Part shown: positions 50,151-61,564 of the stretch, in pieces
Layout: each line of letters begins with the position of its first letter
How positions within the stretch are numbered: the stretch's first letter is position 1
Assembly: GCA_028534125.1 (NCBI GenBank)
Contig: CM052818.1
Span: forward strand, 29,266,001-29,330,000
Source: Lama glama
Taxonomy: Eukaryota
DNA: 64,000 nucleotides
Direction of reading: 5' to 3'
Made by a program: the position numbers and the translations under genes
The notes under the pieces: model-generated
The model's database searches: none
What the model saw: only the letters and a program-made list of their open reading frames with translations
What the model was told of the DNA's origin: nothing

Positions 50151-53100
50151 TAGTTGTGCTCCCTATGTTGTACAATAATGTCTTTGGGCCAATCTTACAC
50201 CCAATAGTTTGCATCTCCCACTCCCCATCCCTATGTTGCCCCTGCCTCCACTGGTAACCACTGTTTTTTTCTCTGTGAATCTGCTTCCTTTAAGTTATAT
50301 TCACTAGTTTGTTGTATTTTTTATATTCCACATATAAGTGATATTGTACAGTATTTATTTTTCTCTGATTTAATTCACTCAGCATAATGCCCTCTAAGCC
50401 CATCCATGTTGCTGCAAATGGCAAAATTTTCTTCTATTTTATGGCTGAGTAGTATTCCACTGTACATATATACTCTATCTTCTTTACCCATTCCTCTGTT
50501 GATGGACACTTAGGTTGCTTCCATGTCTTGGCAATTGTAAATAATGCTTTTATGGATATTGGAGTCCATGTATTTTTTGAATTAGTGGGTTTGTGTGTGT
50601 GTGTGTGTGTGTACATGTACCCAGGAGTGCAATTGCTGGGTCATGTGGTAGTTCTATATTTACTTTTTTGAGAAACGTCCATACTGTTTTCCACAGTTGT
50701 TAAAATAACTTACATTCCACAAACAGTATATGAGGGTTCCCTTTTCCCTGCATCCTTGCCAACATTTGTTATTGATAGACTTTTTGATGGTAGACATTCT
50801 GACAGGTGTGAGAGGGTATCTCATTGTGGTTTTGATTTGCATTTCCTGATGATTAGTGATGTTGAGCATCTTTTCATATTCCTCTTGGCCATCTGCATGT
50901 TCTCTTTGGAAAAATGTCTATTCAGGTCTTCTGCCCATTTTCAATTTTTTTTATGTTGACATGTATGACATGTATAAGCTGCTTATATATGTTGGTTATT
51001 AACCCCTTATTGGTCATATCATCTGCAATTATTTTCTCCCATTCAGTAAATTGTCTTTTTGTTTTGTTGATGGTCTCCTTTGCTGTGCAAAAGCTTTTAA
51101 ATTAAGTTAGATCCAGTCTGTTTATTTAGGCTTCTATTTCTTTTTCTTTAGGAGACAGATCCAAAAAAATAATGCTAAGTTTCTGTCAGAGTGTTCTGCT
51201 TGTGTTTTCCTCTAGTTTTATGGTCCCTGGTCTTACATTTAGTTCTTTAAATCCCATTTGAGTTTATCTTTGTATATGTTAGAGAATGTTCTAATTTAAT
51301 TCCTTTACATGTAGCTGTCCAGTTTTCCCAGCACCACTTATTAAAGAGACTGTCTTTTCTGCATTATATATTCTAGCCTCCTTTGTCATAGATTAATTGA
51401 TCATAAGCGTTTGGGTTTATTTCTGGACTTTCTGTCCTGTTCCATTGATCTATGTGTCTGTTTTTCTACCATACTGTATTGATTGCTGTAGCTTTGAGTA
51501 TGGTCTGAAGTCAGACAGCGTGATTCCTTCAGCTTTGTACTTGTTTCTCAAAATTGTTTTGGCTACATGGGGTCTTTTGTGTTTCCATACAAATTTTAAA
51601 ATCATTTGTTCTAGTTCTGTGAAAAATGCTGTTGGTATTTTGATAGGGATTGCATTGAATGTGTAGATTGCCTTGGGTAGTATGGTCATTTTAACGATAT
51701 TTATTCTTCCAGTCCAAGAAGGTGGTATATCTTTCCATCTGTTTGTGTCTTCAGTCTTTCATCAGTGTCTTACAATTTTTTGAGTACAGGTCTTTTACCT
51801 TCTTAGGTAGGTTTATTCCTAGGTATTTTATTCTTTTTGATGTGATGGTAAATGGGATTGTTTCCTTAATTTCTCTTTCTGATGGTTTGTTGTTAGTGTA
51901 TAGAAATGCAACAAATGTCTATGTATTAATTTTGTATCTTGCAACCTTATGGAATTCATTGAACTCAAGTAGTTGTCTGGTGGTATCATTAGGATTTTCA
52001 ACATAAGTATCATTTACAAACAGTCACAGTTTTACTTCTTCCCTTCCACTTTGAATTCTTTTTATTGTTTTCTTGTCTGATTTGCTGTGGCAAGTATTTC
52101 CAATAGTAAGTTGAATAAAAGTGGTGAGAGTGGGCATCCTTATCTTGTACTTGATATTAGAGAAAATGCTTTCAGCTTTTCATTGTTGAGTATGTCATAT
52201 ATAGCCTTTATTATATTGAAGTATGTTTCCTGTGTGCCCACTTTCTGGAGAGTTTTTATCATAAATGATATTGCATTTTGTCAAAAGATTTTACTGCATC
52301 TATTGAAATGATCATAGGGTTTTTATTCAATTTAACATTAATATCACGTTGATTTGTAGATAATAAAAAGATCTGCATCCCTGGGATAAATCCCACTTGA
52401 TTGTGGCATATGATCCTTTTAATATGTTGTTGGATTCAGTTTGCTGATTTTTTTTTGAGGAATTTTGTACTTATGTTTCATCAATGATGCCTGTAATTTT
52501 CTTTTTGTGATACCTCTGTCTCGTTTTGGTAACAGAGTGATGCTGACCTCATATAATGAGTTTGGAAGCATTCCACCCTCTGTATTCTCTGAAATAGTTT
52601 GAGAAGGATAGATGTCAACTCTTCTCTAAATGGTAGAATCCACTTGTGACGTCATTTGGTCCTAGACTTGTTTGCTGGGAGTTTTTTGATTACTGATTCA
52701 ATTTTAGTACTGATAATCTGTTCATATTTTGTATTTCTTCCTTGTTTAGTCTTGGGAGATTGTACCTTTCTAAGGATTTGTCCATTTCTTCTAGGTTGTC
52801 CATTTTATTGGTGTATAGTTGCTCATAGTAGTCTCTTATAATTCTTTGTTTTTCTGTGATTTGGTTGTAACTTCTTTCATTTTTTATTTTATTGATTTGG
52901 GCCCTCTCCGTTTTATTTTTGATGAGTCTGGCTAAAGGTTTATCAATTTTGCTTATCTTTTCAAAGAACCAGCTTTTGGTTTCATTGATCTTTTCTGTTG
53001 TTTTTAGTCTCCATTTCTGTTCTGATCATTATGATTTCTTTCCTTCTACTAACTTTGGGCTTTATTTGGTGTTCTCTCTAGCTCCTTTAGGTTTAAGATT

Positions 53101-53714
53101 AGGGTATTTGAGATTTTTCTTGTTTTCTGAGGTAAGCTTTTATATCTATAAACTTCTTAGAACTGATACACTGCATAGGTTTGGATTGTTGTTGGTTTTT
53201 TTTTTTTTTTCCTCCTTTCATTTGTCTCTTTTGTTTGTGGGGTTTTTTTTGTTTTTTTTTTTTGTTTTTTTTTTTAAATTTTCTCTGATTTCTTCAGTGA
53301 TCCATTGGTTGTTTAGTATCATATTTTTTAGTTTTTTTTTTTTTATTTGCCATTTTCTTGTTGATTTCCAGTCTCATAGGGCTGTGGTCAGAAATAATGC
53401 TTGATAGGATTTCAGTTTTCTTAAATTTACCAACATTTGTCTTGTGGCCTAATGTGTGATCTATCCTAGAGAATGTTCCATGTGCATTTGAAAGGAACGT
53501 GTATTCTGCTTTCAAATGGAATACCCTAAATAAATTAAGTAAAACTGGTTTAATGTTATTTAGAGTAAGTGTCCTTATACATCTATTAATGTGATATATA
53601 TTTAGGTGCTCCTATGTTGGATGCATGTATGTTTACAATTGTTATATCTTCATGGATTGATCCCTTGATCATTATGTAGTGTTCTTCTTTGTCTCTTATA
53701 ACAGTCCTAATTTT

Positions 53715-54806
53715 TTAAATATATATTTTTTGAAGCATAGTCAGTTTACAGTGTTGTGTCAGTTTCTGGTGTACAGCACAATGTTTCAGTCATATAGGAA
53801 CATACATACATTCTTTTTCACCAGAAGTTACTACAAGATACTGAATATAGTTCCCTGTGCTACACAGTATGAACTTCTCATTTATTTTATATGTATTAGT
53901 TAGTATCTGCAAATCTTGAACTCCCAACTTATCCCTTCCCACTCCCTTCCTCCCCAGTAATAAGTTTGTTTTCTATGTCTGTGAGTCTCTTTCTGTTTTG
54001 TAAATAAGTTCATTTTTTTTTGATTCCACATATAAGTGATATCATGTGGCATTTTTCTTTCTTTTTCTGGCTTACTTCACTTAGAATGGCATTCTCCAGG
54101 TCCACTATGTTGCTGCGAATGGCATTATTTTATTACTTCTTACGGCTGAATAGTATTCCATTGTATAAATATATCACAACTTCTTTATCCAGTCATCTGT
54201 TGATGGACATTTAGGTTGTTTCCTTGTCTTGGCTAGTATATAGTGCTGCTATGAACATTGGGGTGCATGTATCTTTTTGAACTAAGTTTCCCTCTGGATA
54301 TATACCCAGGAGTGAGATTGCTGGATTTTATGGTAAGTCTATTTTTAGTCTTTTGAGGAATCTCCATACTGTTTTCCATAATGGTTGCACCAAACTACAT
54401 TCCCACCAACACTGTAGGAGGGTTCCCTTTTCTCCACAGCCTCTTCAGCATTTATCATTTGTGGACTTTTGAATGATGGCCATACTGACTGGTGTTACCT
54501 CATTGTAGTGTGTCATTGTAGATGTGTCATTGTAGTTTTGATTTGCATTTCTCTGATAATTAGTGATATTGAGCATTTTTTTCATGTGCTTATTGGCCAT
54601 TTGTATGTCTTCATTGGTGAATTTTTGGTTAGGTCTTCTGCCCATTTTTGGATCGGATTGTTTGTTTTTTTCTTATTAAGTTGTATGAGGTATTTATTCT
54701 GGAAATTAAGTCCTTGTCAGTCTCATCTTCTACAAGTATTTTCTCCCATTCATTTGCTTATGGTTTCCTTTGCTGTGCAAAAGCTTATAAGTTTAATAAT
54801 AACATA
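53715..54806 (-). mobile_element. Younger 5'-truncated L1 nested in the endonuclease region of the host L1
   Basis: A second 3' UTR plus ORF2 C-terminus. Perfect 17-bp TSD ataacagtcctaatttt at 53698-53714 and 54807-54823. Confidence 0.95.
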
Positions 54807-57377
54807 ATAACAGTCCTAATTTTAAGATCTGTTTTGTCTGATACAAGTATTGGTACTCCAGCTTTCTTTTGATTTCCACTTGCATGGAATACCTGTTTCC
54901 ATCTCCTCACTTTTAGTCTATGTGTCTTCAGATTTGAAGTGAGTCTCTTGTAGGCAGCATGTATACAGTTCTTTTGTATCCATTTAGCCACTGCATGTCT
55001 TTTGATTGGAGAATTTAGTCCATTTAAATTTAAGGTAAAATGATTGGTATGTGTGTTCTTATTGCCATTTTATTAATTTTTTGGGTTGTTTTTAATCAGT
55101 CTTTTTTCCTTTTCTCTTGTGATTTAGTGACTATCTTCAGTGTTAATGTTTGGATTCCTTTTGTGTTTCTCTTACAGATTTTGGATTTGTGGTTACCATG
55201 AGGTTTTTATATAGTTATATATATATATATATAAAATACATAGCTATATATTTTATATAGCCATATATATAATATATATGTAATATACACACACACACAA
55301 ACGTGATTGTTTTAAGTTGCTTAATTTCCAGTGCATTTTAAAATCCCTATACTTGTACATGTCTCCCCTCATGAATACTATTTTTGATATGTTTTGCATC
55401 TAATTATTCCATATATCCCTTAACTGCTTACTGTGGATATAGATGATTTCTACTACTTTTGTCTGTTAACCTTCCTACTAACTGCATGTGAATGATTTCC
55501 TACCTTTATATGTTTTCCTTTACCAGTGAGATTTTTGGCTTCATAATTTTGTTTCTATTTGTAGCCTTTTCTTTTTGACCTAGAGAAATTCCTTTTAACA
55601 TTTGTGATAAAGCTGGTTTGGTGGTGCTGAACTCTTTTAGATTTTGCTTGTCTGTAAAGCTTTCTATCTCTTTGTCAAATCTGAATGAGAGTTTCATTGG
55701 TTAGAGTATTCCTGGTTGTAGGTTTTTCCCTTTCATCACTTTGAATATATTGTACCACTCCCTTCTGGCCTGCAGTTTCTGCTGAAAATATCAGCTGATA
55801 ACCTTATGGGAGTTCCTTTGTATGTTATTTGTTTCTTTCTCCTTGCTGCTTTTAATACCCTCTTCTTATCTTTAATTTTTGTCATTTAAAGTACAGTGAG
55901 TGTATCTTGGTGTGTTCCTCTTTGGGTCCATCCTGTATGGGGCTCTCTACAATTCTTGGACTTGGATGATTGTTTCCTTTCTCAGGCTAGGGAAGTTTGC
56001 AGCTATTATGTCTTTGAATATTTTCTCAGACCCTTTCTTTCTTATCCTTCAGACCCCTATAATGTGAGTATTAGTGTGCTAATCCCAGAAGTCTCTTAAA
56101 CTGTCCTCACTTGTTTTAATTCTTTTTTCTCATTTCTGCTCAGCCTCAGTGATTCTACTACTGTCTTCCAGCTTGCTTATCCATTCCTCTCCTTATCCAG
56201 GTTTAGTCTCCTGCTGATTCCTTCTTGTGAAATTTTCACTTCAGTTATTGCATTCTTCATCTTTATTTTGTTGTTTTTTATATTTGGTAACTTTCTGTTA
56301 AAATCTAACTTCTCACTCTCTGCATCCATTTTTCTCCCAAGTTCTTTGATCATCCTTAGCATCATTACCCTGATCCCTTTCTCAGGTAGATCGCCTATCT
56401 CCACTTGACTTAGTAGTTCCTCTGGGGTTTTATTTTGTTCCTTCATCTGAAACATGTTTCTCTGCTGCTTCATTTTGCCTGAGTTGCTGTTTGTATTTTT
56501 ATGTATCTGTAGGTTAGTTACATTTCCTGACCTTGGAGAAGTGGCTTTCTGTAGGAGTGGCCTTCTGAGTATGTCCCAGCAGCACACTTGTGTTTTGTCA
56601 CCCACTCTATATGCTCTAGGGGTTCCCCCTATGAGGACTGTGTGGGTTCTTCTATTGTGGTAAGCTTACCATATGGGAAGTGTGATAGGTTTGGTTGGCC
56701 CATAGTCTGGTTGGTTGCCAGGTCCTGTCTTGTGCAGAGGCTGCCAGCTACTGCTTGGTGGGGCTTGGTCACTAGGTGGCTGACTGAAAAACCCTGGGGG
56801 ATCCCTGCTGCTAGTGATGGCTCACTTGGGGGTGGAGTCAGGGGCCAGAATACTCTAGGGCTATTCCACCCCTACTCCCAACTGGTGAGTGGAGCCAGGT
56901 CCTGGGATTAGTTCTGGACTACTTGCAGGCAGAGCAATGTGGTGGAGTCTGGCTGTAGTACCCAGAGATCCCAGGGCTGGTGTCAGATCACTGGCAGGAG
57001 TTGGGGTGGCTTCTGACACAGTTGGGTATGGTGTCCAGGGTGTCCCAAAGCTTGTGCTGGCCTGCTGTGGGCAGGCTGGGTTGGTAGGCTGCAGGATTAT
57101 GGTTTTCTTAATTCTAGTGTCTGCCCCCTGGTGGGTGAGACTGGTCCAGAGGTGAGGGCAGGGCCAGTACCTGCCCATGGTGGGTAGAGCTGGGTCCTGG
57201 CTCTCTGGTGGGCAGGGTAGTGTCTAGAGGTGGCTGTAGGTTCTGGAAGTCCTACTGATGGATGGGGCTGTGTCGCTGCCCAATTAGTTGCTTGGCCTGA
57301 GGCATCCCAGCACTGGCACCTACAATCTGTTGGATGGGGCCAGGTTTTGGCACTAATGAGCTAGAAGAAGGATTTTA

Positions 57378-57519
57378 TCTTATTTTTCTATTTTTATTTT
57401 TTTAGGGGAGAGGTAATTAGGCTTGCTTATTTAGTTTTAGAGGAGGTACTGGAGATTGAACCCAGGACCTTGTGTATGCTAAGCATGTGCTCTACCACTT
57501 GAGCTATACCCTCTCCCCT
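57378..57519 (-). mobile_element. tRNA-derived SINE (camelid vic-1-like) nested in the L1 5' UTR
   Basis: Reverse complement ggggagagggtatagctcaagtggtagagcacatgcttagcatacacaaggtcctgggttcaatctccag (tRNA-Ala-like head). Perfect 16-bp TSD tagaagaaggatttta at 57362-57377 and 57520-57535. Confidence 0.93.
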
Positions 57520-58121
57520 TAGAAGAAGGATTTTAAATGGGACTGGCCAGCTCCAGTGTGCAAGCAGGAGAAGGAGCTCCCAGGAATGGCTGCCACCTGT
57601 CCCTAGGGAGAGCTGCAGTCATGCCCCACCTCTCTGGGAAACTCTGAGACCAGCAGGTAGGTCTGGCCCAGGCTCCAATCAAATGACTGCTTTTGCCCTG
57701 GGTCCCGGAGCATAAAAGACTTTGTGTTCACCCTTTAAGAGTGAAGTCTCTGTTTCCTACAGTCCTCTGGGACTCAAGACCCTCTGACCTTCAAAGCCCA
57801 ATGCTCTGGGGGCTTGTCTTCCCAGTGCAGGACCCCTGGATTGGGGTGCCTGACATCAGGCTCTGAACTCTCACTCCTGTAGGAGAATGTCTGTAATACT
57901 GTAATAATTCTACCGTTTGTGGGTCACCCACCTCGGGCATGGGACGTGATTATACTGTAAGTCCACACCTCTTACCTGTCTCATTGTGGCTCCTTCTTTA
58001 TGCCTTGAGTTGAAGATCTTTTCTGGTAGTTTCCAGTCTTTTTCATTGATGGTTATTCTGCAAATAGGTGTGATTCTGGTGAGCTCAGGGTCTTTCTACT
58101 CTTGTTATCTTGGCCCAATCT

Positions 58122-58395
58122 CCCAGCTGCTTTTCTTATTTAAGAAAAGTGTGCATTGACCAGAAGTAAAGAATGTTCATGTTAAGAATGAAGATTAAAT
58201 GCCTCTCCCTGGGCTGCCAATGCTGATACTCCTTTGATATCCTTTGATAAGACTCCTTTCCCAGGTGCCAAGGCCACACTGCGTACATTTTTTTTTTTTA
58301 ATCTTGGATATATCCCTGACTTGTTTGTTCCAACAAGAGTCAAAACTGCTGAAACTGTGCGTCTCTGGAGCAGTTCCTTAGAGTTACCAGAGAAG
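58122..58395 (+). mobile_element. Partial ERV1-class LTR (same family as 46252-46760)
   Basis: aagaaaagtgtgcattgaccagaagtaaagaatgttcat...gattaaatgcctc...aaggccacac aligns with the reverse complement of about 46490-46645. Confidence 0.8.
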
Positions 58396-61088
58396 AGATA
58401 AGGCCTCAGGGGAAGCTGAGTGAACTGGGTTAGCTAAACTTTTTTTTTTTTTTAACATGGCTTACAGTTCGAAAGATTTGTATCTTAAAAGTAAAACAAA
58501 ACTGAACATAAGTGGGAAGCTGTTTCTAGAGCTTACCAGCTCTCAGACAGGCAGCCACCCACTGAAACTCCAGCTGGCTTCTTTAATTGTTATGGAACCA
58601 ATACTTGCAAATACTTCTCTAACCCCAAAACGGCCAGAATGGAGCTCCTTTGATATTCTAAAACTCATTTTTGCATGTGCAATTAAATCTGGCTTGATAA
58701 TATATCTTTTCAAAATTCTATCCCTGAGAGAAGGAAAATATTCCTGTGAGAAAGCTTGAAATTATAACTGTTATCATGTCTTTGAAATGTAAACACAGAC
58801 CGCATTGCCCAAGACTGTAGCCTTAACTCAGTTAGTAGAACCTAAAAGTGAAAGTAGGGGTGGAGGTAGAAGAAGACTTAAAACTCTTACAACTCAGGCA
58901 GCAGGCAAAGTATGAGATCTATGTCTGTCTGGATGTATATCTGTGTATATGTTATAAAATGTTTTTACCTCTGGATGATACTGTTAAGATTAACTTATGA
59001 AAGAGGTCTATTTAATTGACTTAAAAGTAACACTTAACAAATCAGATATTTCTAAATATAACAAACCCCCAAATTTTTAAAGGAGCACATGGTCTAGGAT
59101 TAATCTTTAATGAAAAATTAAGTTTAATACAGATATGTCTTTAGAATCATCAACATTAAGTATAATACTTTTATTGTACCTAGATTAACTAAAAGTCTAT
59201 AAACTCATGTTATCTCTTAAGAAAGTTGTCAACAAGAAATTTAACTTGGTATGATACCTTCATAAGTAATAGTTAAATGGGATAAAATTTTTTAGGTGAA
59301 CTCTAAGAATGATTAAGTTTTATGGTATGTCTACTTAAAAACAGTTTCTCTAGACTTTTGGTAACTTGAAGCAGCAGTGTTTTGCTAAAATAAGTTAAAT
59401 GATGGGAATTCACTGACTATCCAGATCATTTCTAATTAGGATAAAATACTGAAATACTAATTGCTAAGCAAATCTAAGTTTACCTACTTCATCATCTTGT
59501 TAGAAACTAAACATGTTTGGGTTTTAATGGACACATGTCTTGTACTACACTGAGAAAAGAGATTATGCTTTGAGAAAATGTGTTTCTAGAGGTTATAGAA
59601 TATGTTCATAAGTTTGCCAGTCAGGAAATGCCAGTATGACAGTTCACAATTGCATGCTTCTTGGTTTTTGCTAGAGATTGTGTCTTTCATTCAAAGGCAA
59701 CAACAGAATTTGTAAAGACTGTAGCATGTATAAAGTCCATTCTTCTGCAGAAATTAACCCCTCATTGTCAAGCTTTTGTCACCCTGATGTCCTTGTAGTA
59801 TGGCAACAGTCTGCTCCTAAATCAGAAATTAAGATGGGTAATCAGTAGCTGTGAATTAAACAGTCGGGGTTATGGGAAAACCCAAGGCAGCGTCTTGACT
59901 CTTCCTGGGTCTCTGTTTTTTGTTTGGTGGATTAAACTCTTCCCCTGCTGCAAGGCTGATGCCCTCACAATGACAAACTGTTTGAAGATGTGTTTTCCAC
60001 TTGGAGTATACTTTCCTCAGTCTCCAGGGTTCAAAGCACCCACTTCACTGGGCAAATCATATGGGCCTTAAAAACCTCACAAACTTCTTGAAATTACCAT
60101 TGCTGTTACGGAAAGGACAGGCCAGTCAAGAAACAAGCACCACCCGGAGGGCTGGAGTAGTCAGATGTATTACGCCGGCGGGCCCAGAGGGGCTTCTGCT
60201 CCGAAGCTCTGAGCACCTCCAAGACGTGCGCATGAGGTTTTATAGGGTAAAGAACAAGCTTGGGGTATTTGGCCAATAGGCATGGAACAGCTTTAGCAGC
60301 ATCATCATCACAAAAGTGGAGGCGGGGAGGCAGCAAACCAACATTCCAAAGCCAGATATGTATCTTTGAAAACCCGGCTGGCTAGCAAAAAACAGAAACA
60401 GCAAACCAACACCAATTAACTTAGATTTACAAGTTAGTCCAGCAGAACTCAGATCAGTATTCCAATACTTAGATTTGTGAGTTACCTTGTTAGACCAGCC
60501 CGGCTTTTCCTTCACACTGTCACTGTCACCCTCAGTAACCAGGCAAGGTCAAAAGAACTGGACTCAAGCAGAACAAGAATTATATGAGATTGAATAAAGT
60601 GACAGATAGGATAATTTTTATGATTTTTTAATCTGAAATATTACTGATTTTAAATCTTTGCTTTCCACATACAAGGAAATCTTTTAAACTAATTATCATG
60701 TACAGCAATTTAGTAAGTTATACTTTATAAACAGAATTGAAGGATTTATTTTATACCTGATCCTTCTAGAATTTGGAAACTCTTAGGTTCCCAACAGACA
60801 TCCCAGGTGAATAAGGAAATGCATTTTCTGGCAGACAAGGACATCAAGAGAGGAGTCCATCTAAACCTGTAGGTATTGCAGGCCATATCTAAAGGCATGG
60901 CTTTCCTGGCCTTGAGAGGCCTTTATAAAAGTTGAATTTGAGATTCCTTAGGAAGATGTCCAGGAGAGATGGACTTAAGAGTCTGTATCATCAATTATGC
61001 TTATATAAATAATCAGACAAAGTTTATTGAAAGCAGACTCATTTTACAAACTAGTCTTAATTTGACTACTTGATAGAAATAAGAGTAA
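58396..61088 (+). mobile_element. ERV1 (MER4-group-like) internal sequence, non-coding, with a gag remnant
   Basis: ETPAGF...YG..TCKY...PKRPEWSSFDILKLIF matrix-like remnant at about 58560-58680, followed by AT-rich MER4-group-type internal sequence. Confidence 0.65.
60104..60515 (-). mobile_element. Young CpG-rich solo LTR nested in the ERV internal region
   Basis: TG...CA termini. Reverse strand has TATAAAA, then gctcagagcttcggagc...gcccgccggcgtAATACA (poly(A) signal variant). CCAAT box near 60273. Many intact CpGs. TSD unclear. Confidence 0.75.
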
Positions 61089-61530
61089 TTTTTTATTGAA
61101 GTATAGTTGATTTACAGTGTTCGTTTCTGGTGTATAGCAAAATGATTCAATTCTATTTATATATAGTTCTTTTCCATGATAGGTTATTACAAGGTATTGA
61201 ATATAATTCCCTGTGCTATACAGTAGGTCTCTGTGTTTATCTGTATATAGTAGGGTGTATTTGTTAATCCCAAACTCCTAATTTATCCTTCCCCCTCTTT
61301 CCCCTTTGGTAACCTTAAGTTTGTTTTCTGTGTCTGAGTCTGAGTCTGTTTCTGTTTTGTAAATAAGTTTATTTGTATCTTTTTTTGTTTGTTTTAGATT
61401 CCAAATATGAGTGATGTCATATGATATTTGTCTTTCTCTGACCTACTTCACTTTAGTATGATAATCTCTAGGTCCATCCATGTTGCTGCAAATGGCATTA
61501 TTTCATTTTTTTTATAGATGAGTAGTATTC

Positions 61531-61564
<34 letters not shown>

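Larger units (their letters stand above)
49200..58121 (-). mobile_element. Near full-length inactive L1 (5' UTR about 56500-58121, ORF1 about 55590-56473, ORF2 start about 55068, 3' UTR to about 49200)
   Basis: ORF track fragments MKQQRNMFQMKEQNKTPEE and KLSFRFDKEIESFTDKQ (ORF1), YTFLSNAHGTFSRIDHTLGHK (endonuclease), [17 protein letters not shown] and KTWKQPKCPSTEEW (ORF2). Many frameshifts. Confidence 0.93.

Noticed and set aside
52892..53404. 170-aa hydrophobic, Phe-rich ORF resembling a membrane protein
   Set aside because: Antisense of A-rich L1 ORF2 plus poly(T) tracts.
57440..57519. tRNA-Ala gene (also 40500-40570)
   Set aside because: It has a SINE tail, an A-rich end and TSDs, so it is a SINE head and not a tRNA gene.
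46252..58395. Two same-family LTRs as the paired LTRs of one provirus
   Set aside because: They are in opposite orientations and visibly diverged. The left copy is a solo LTR within a MIR.
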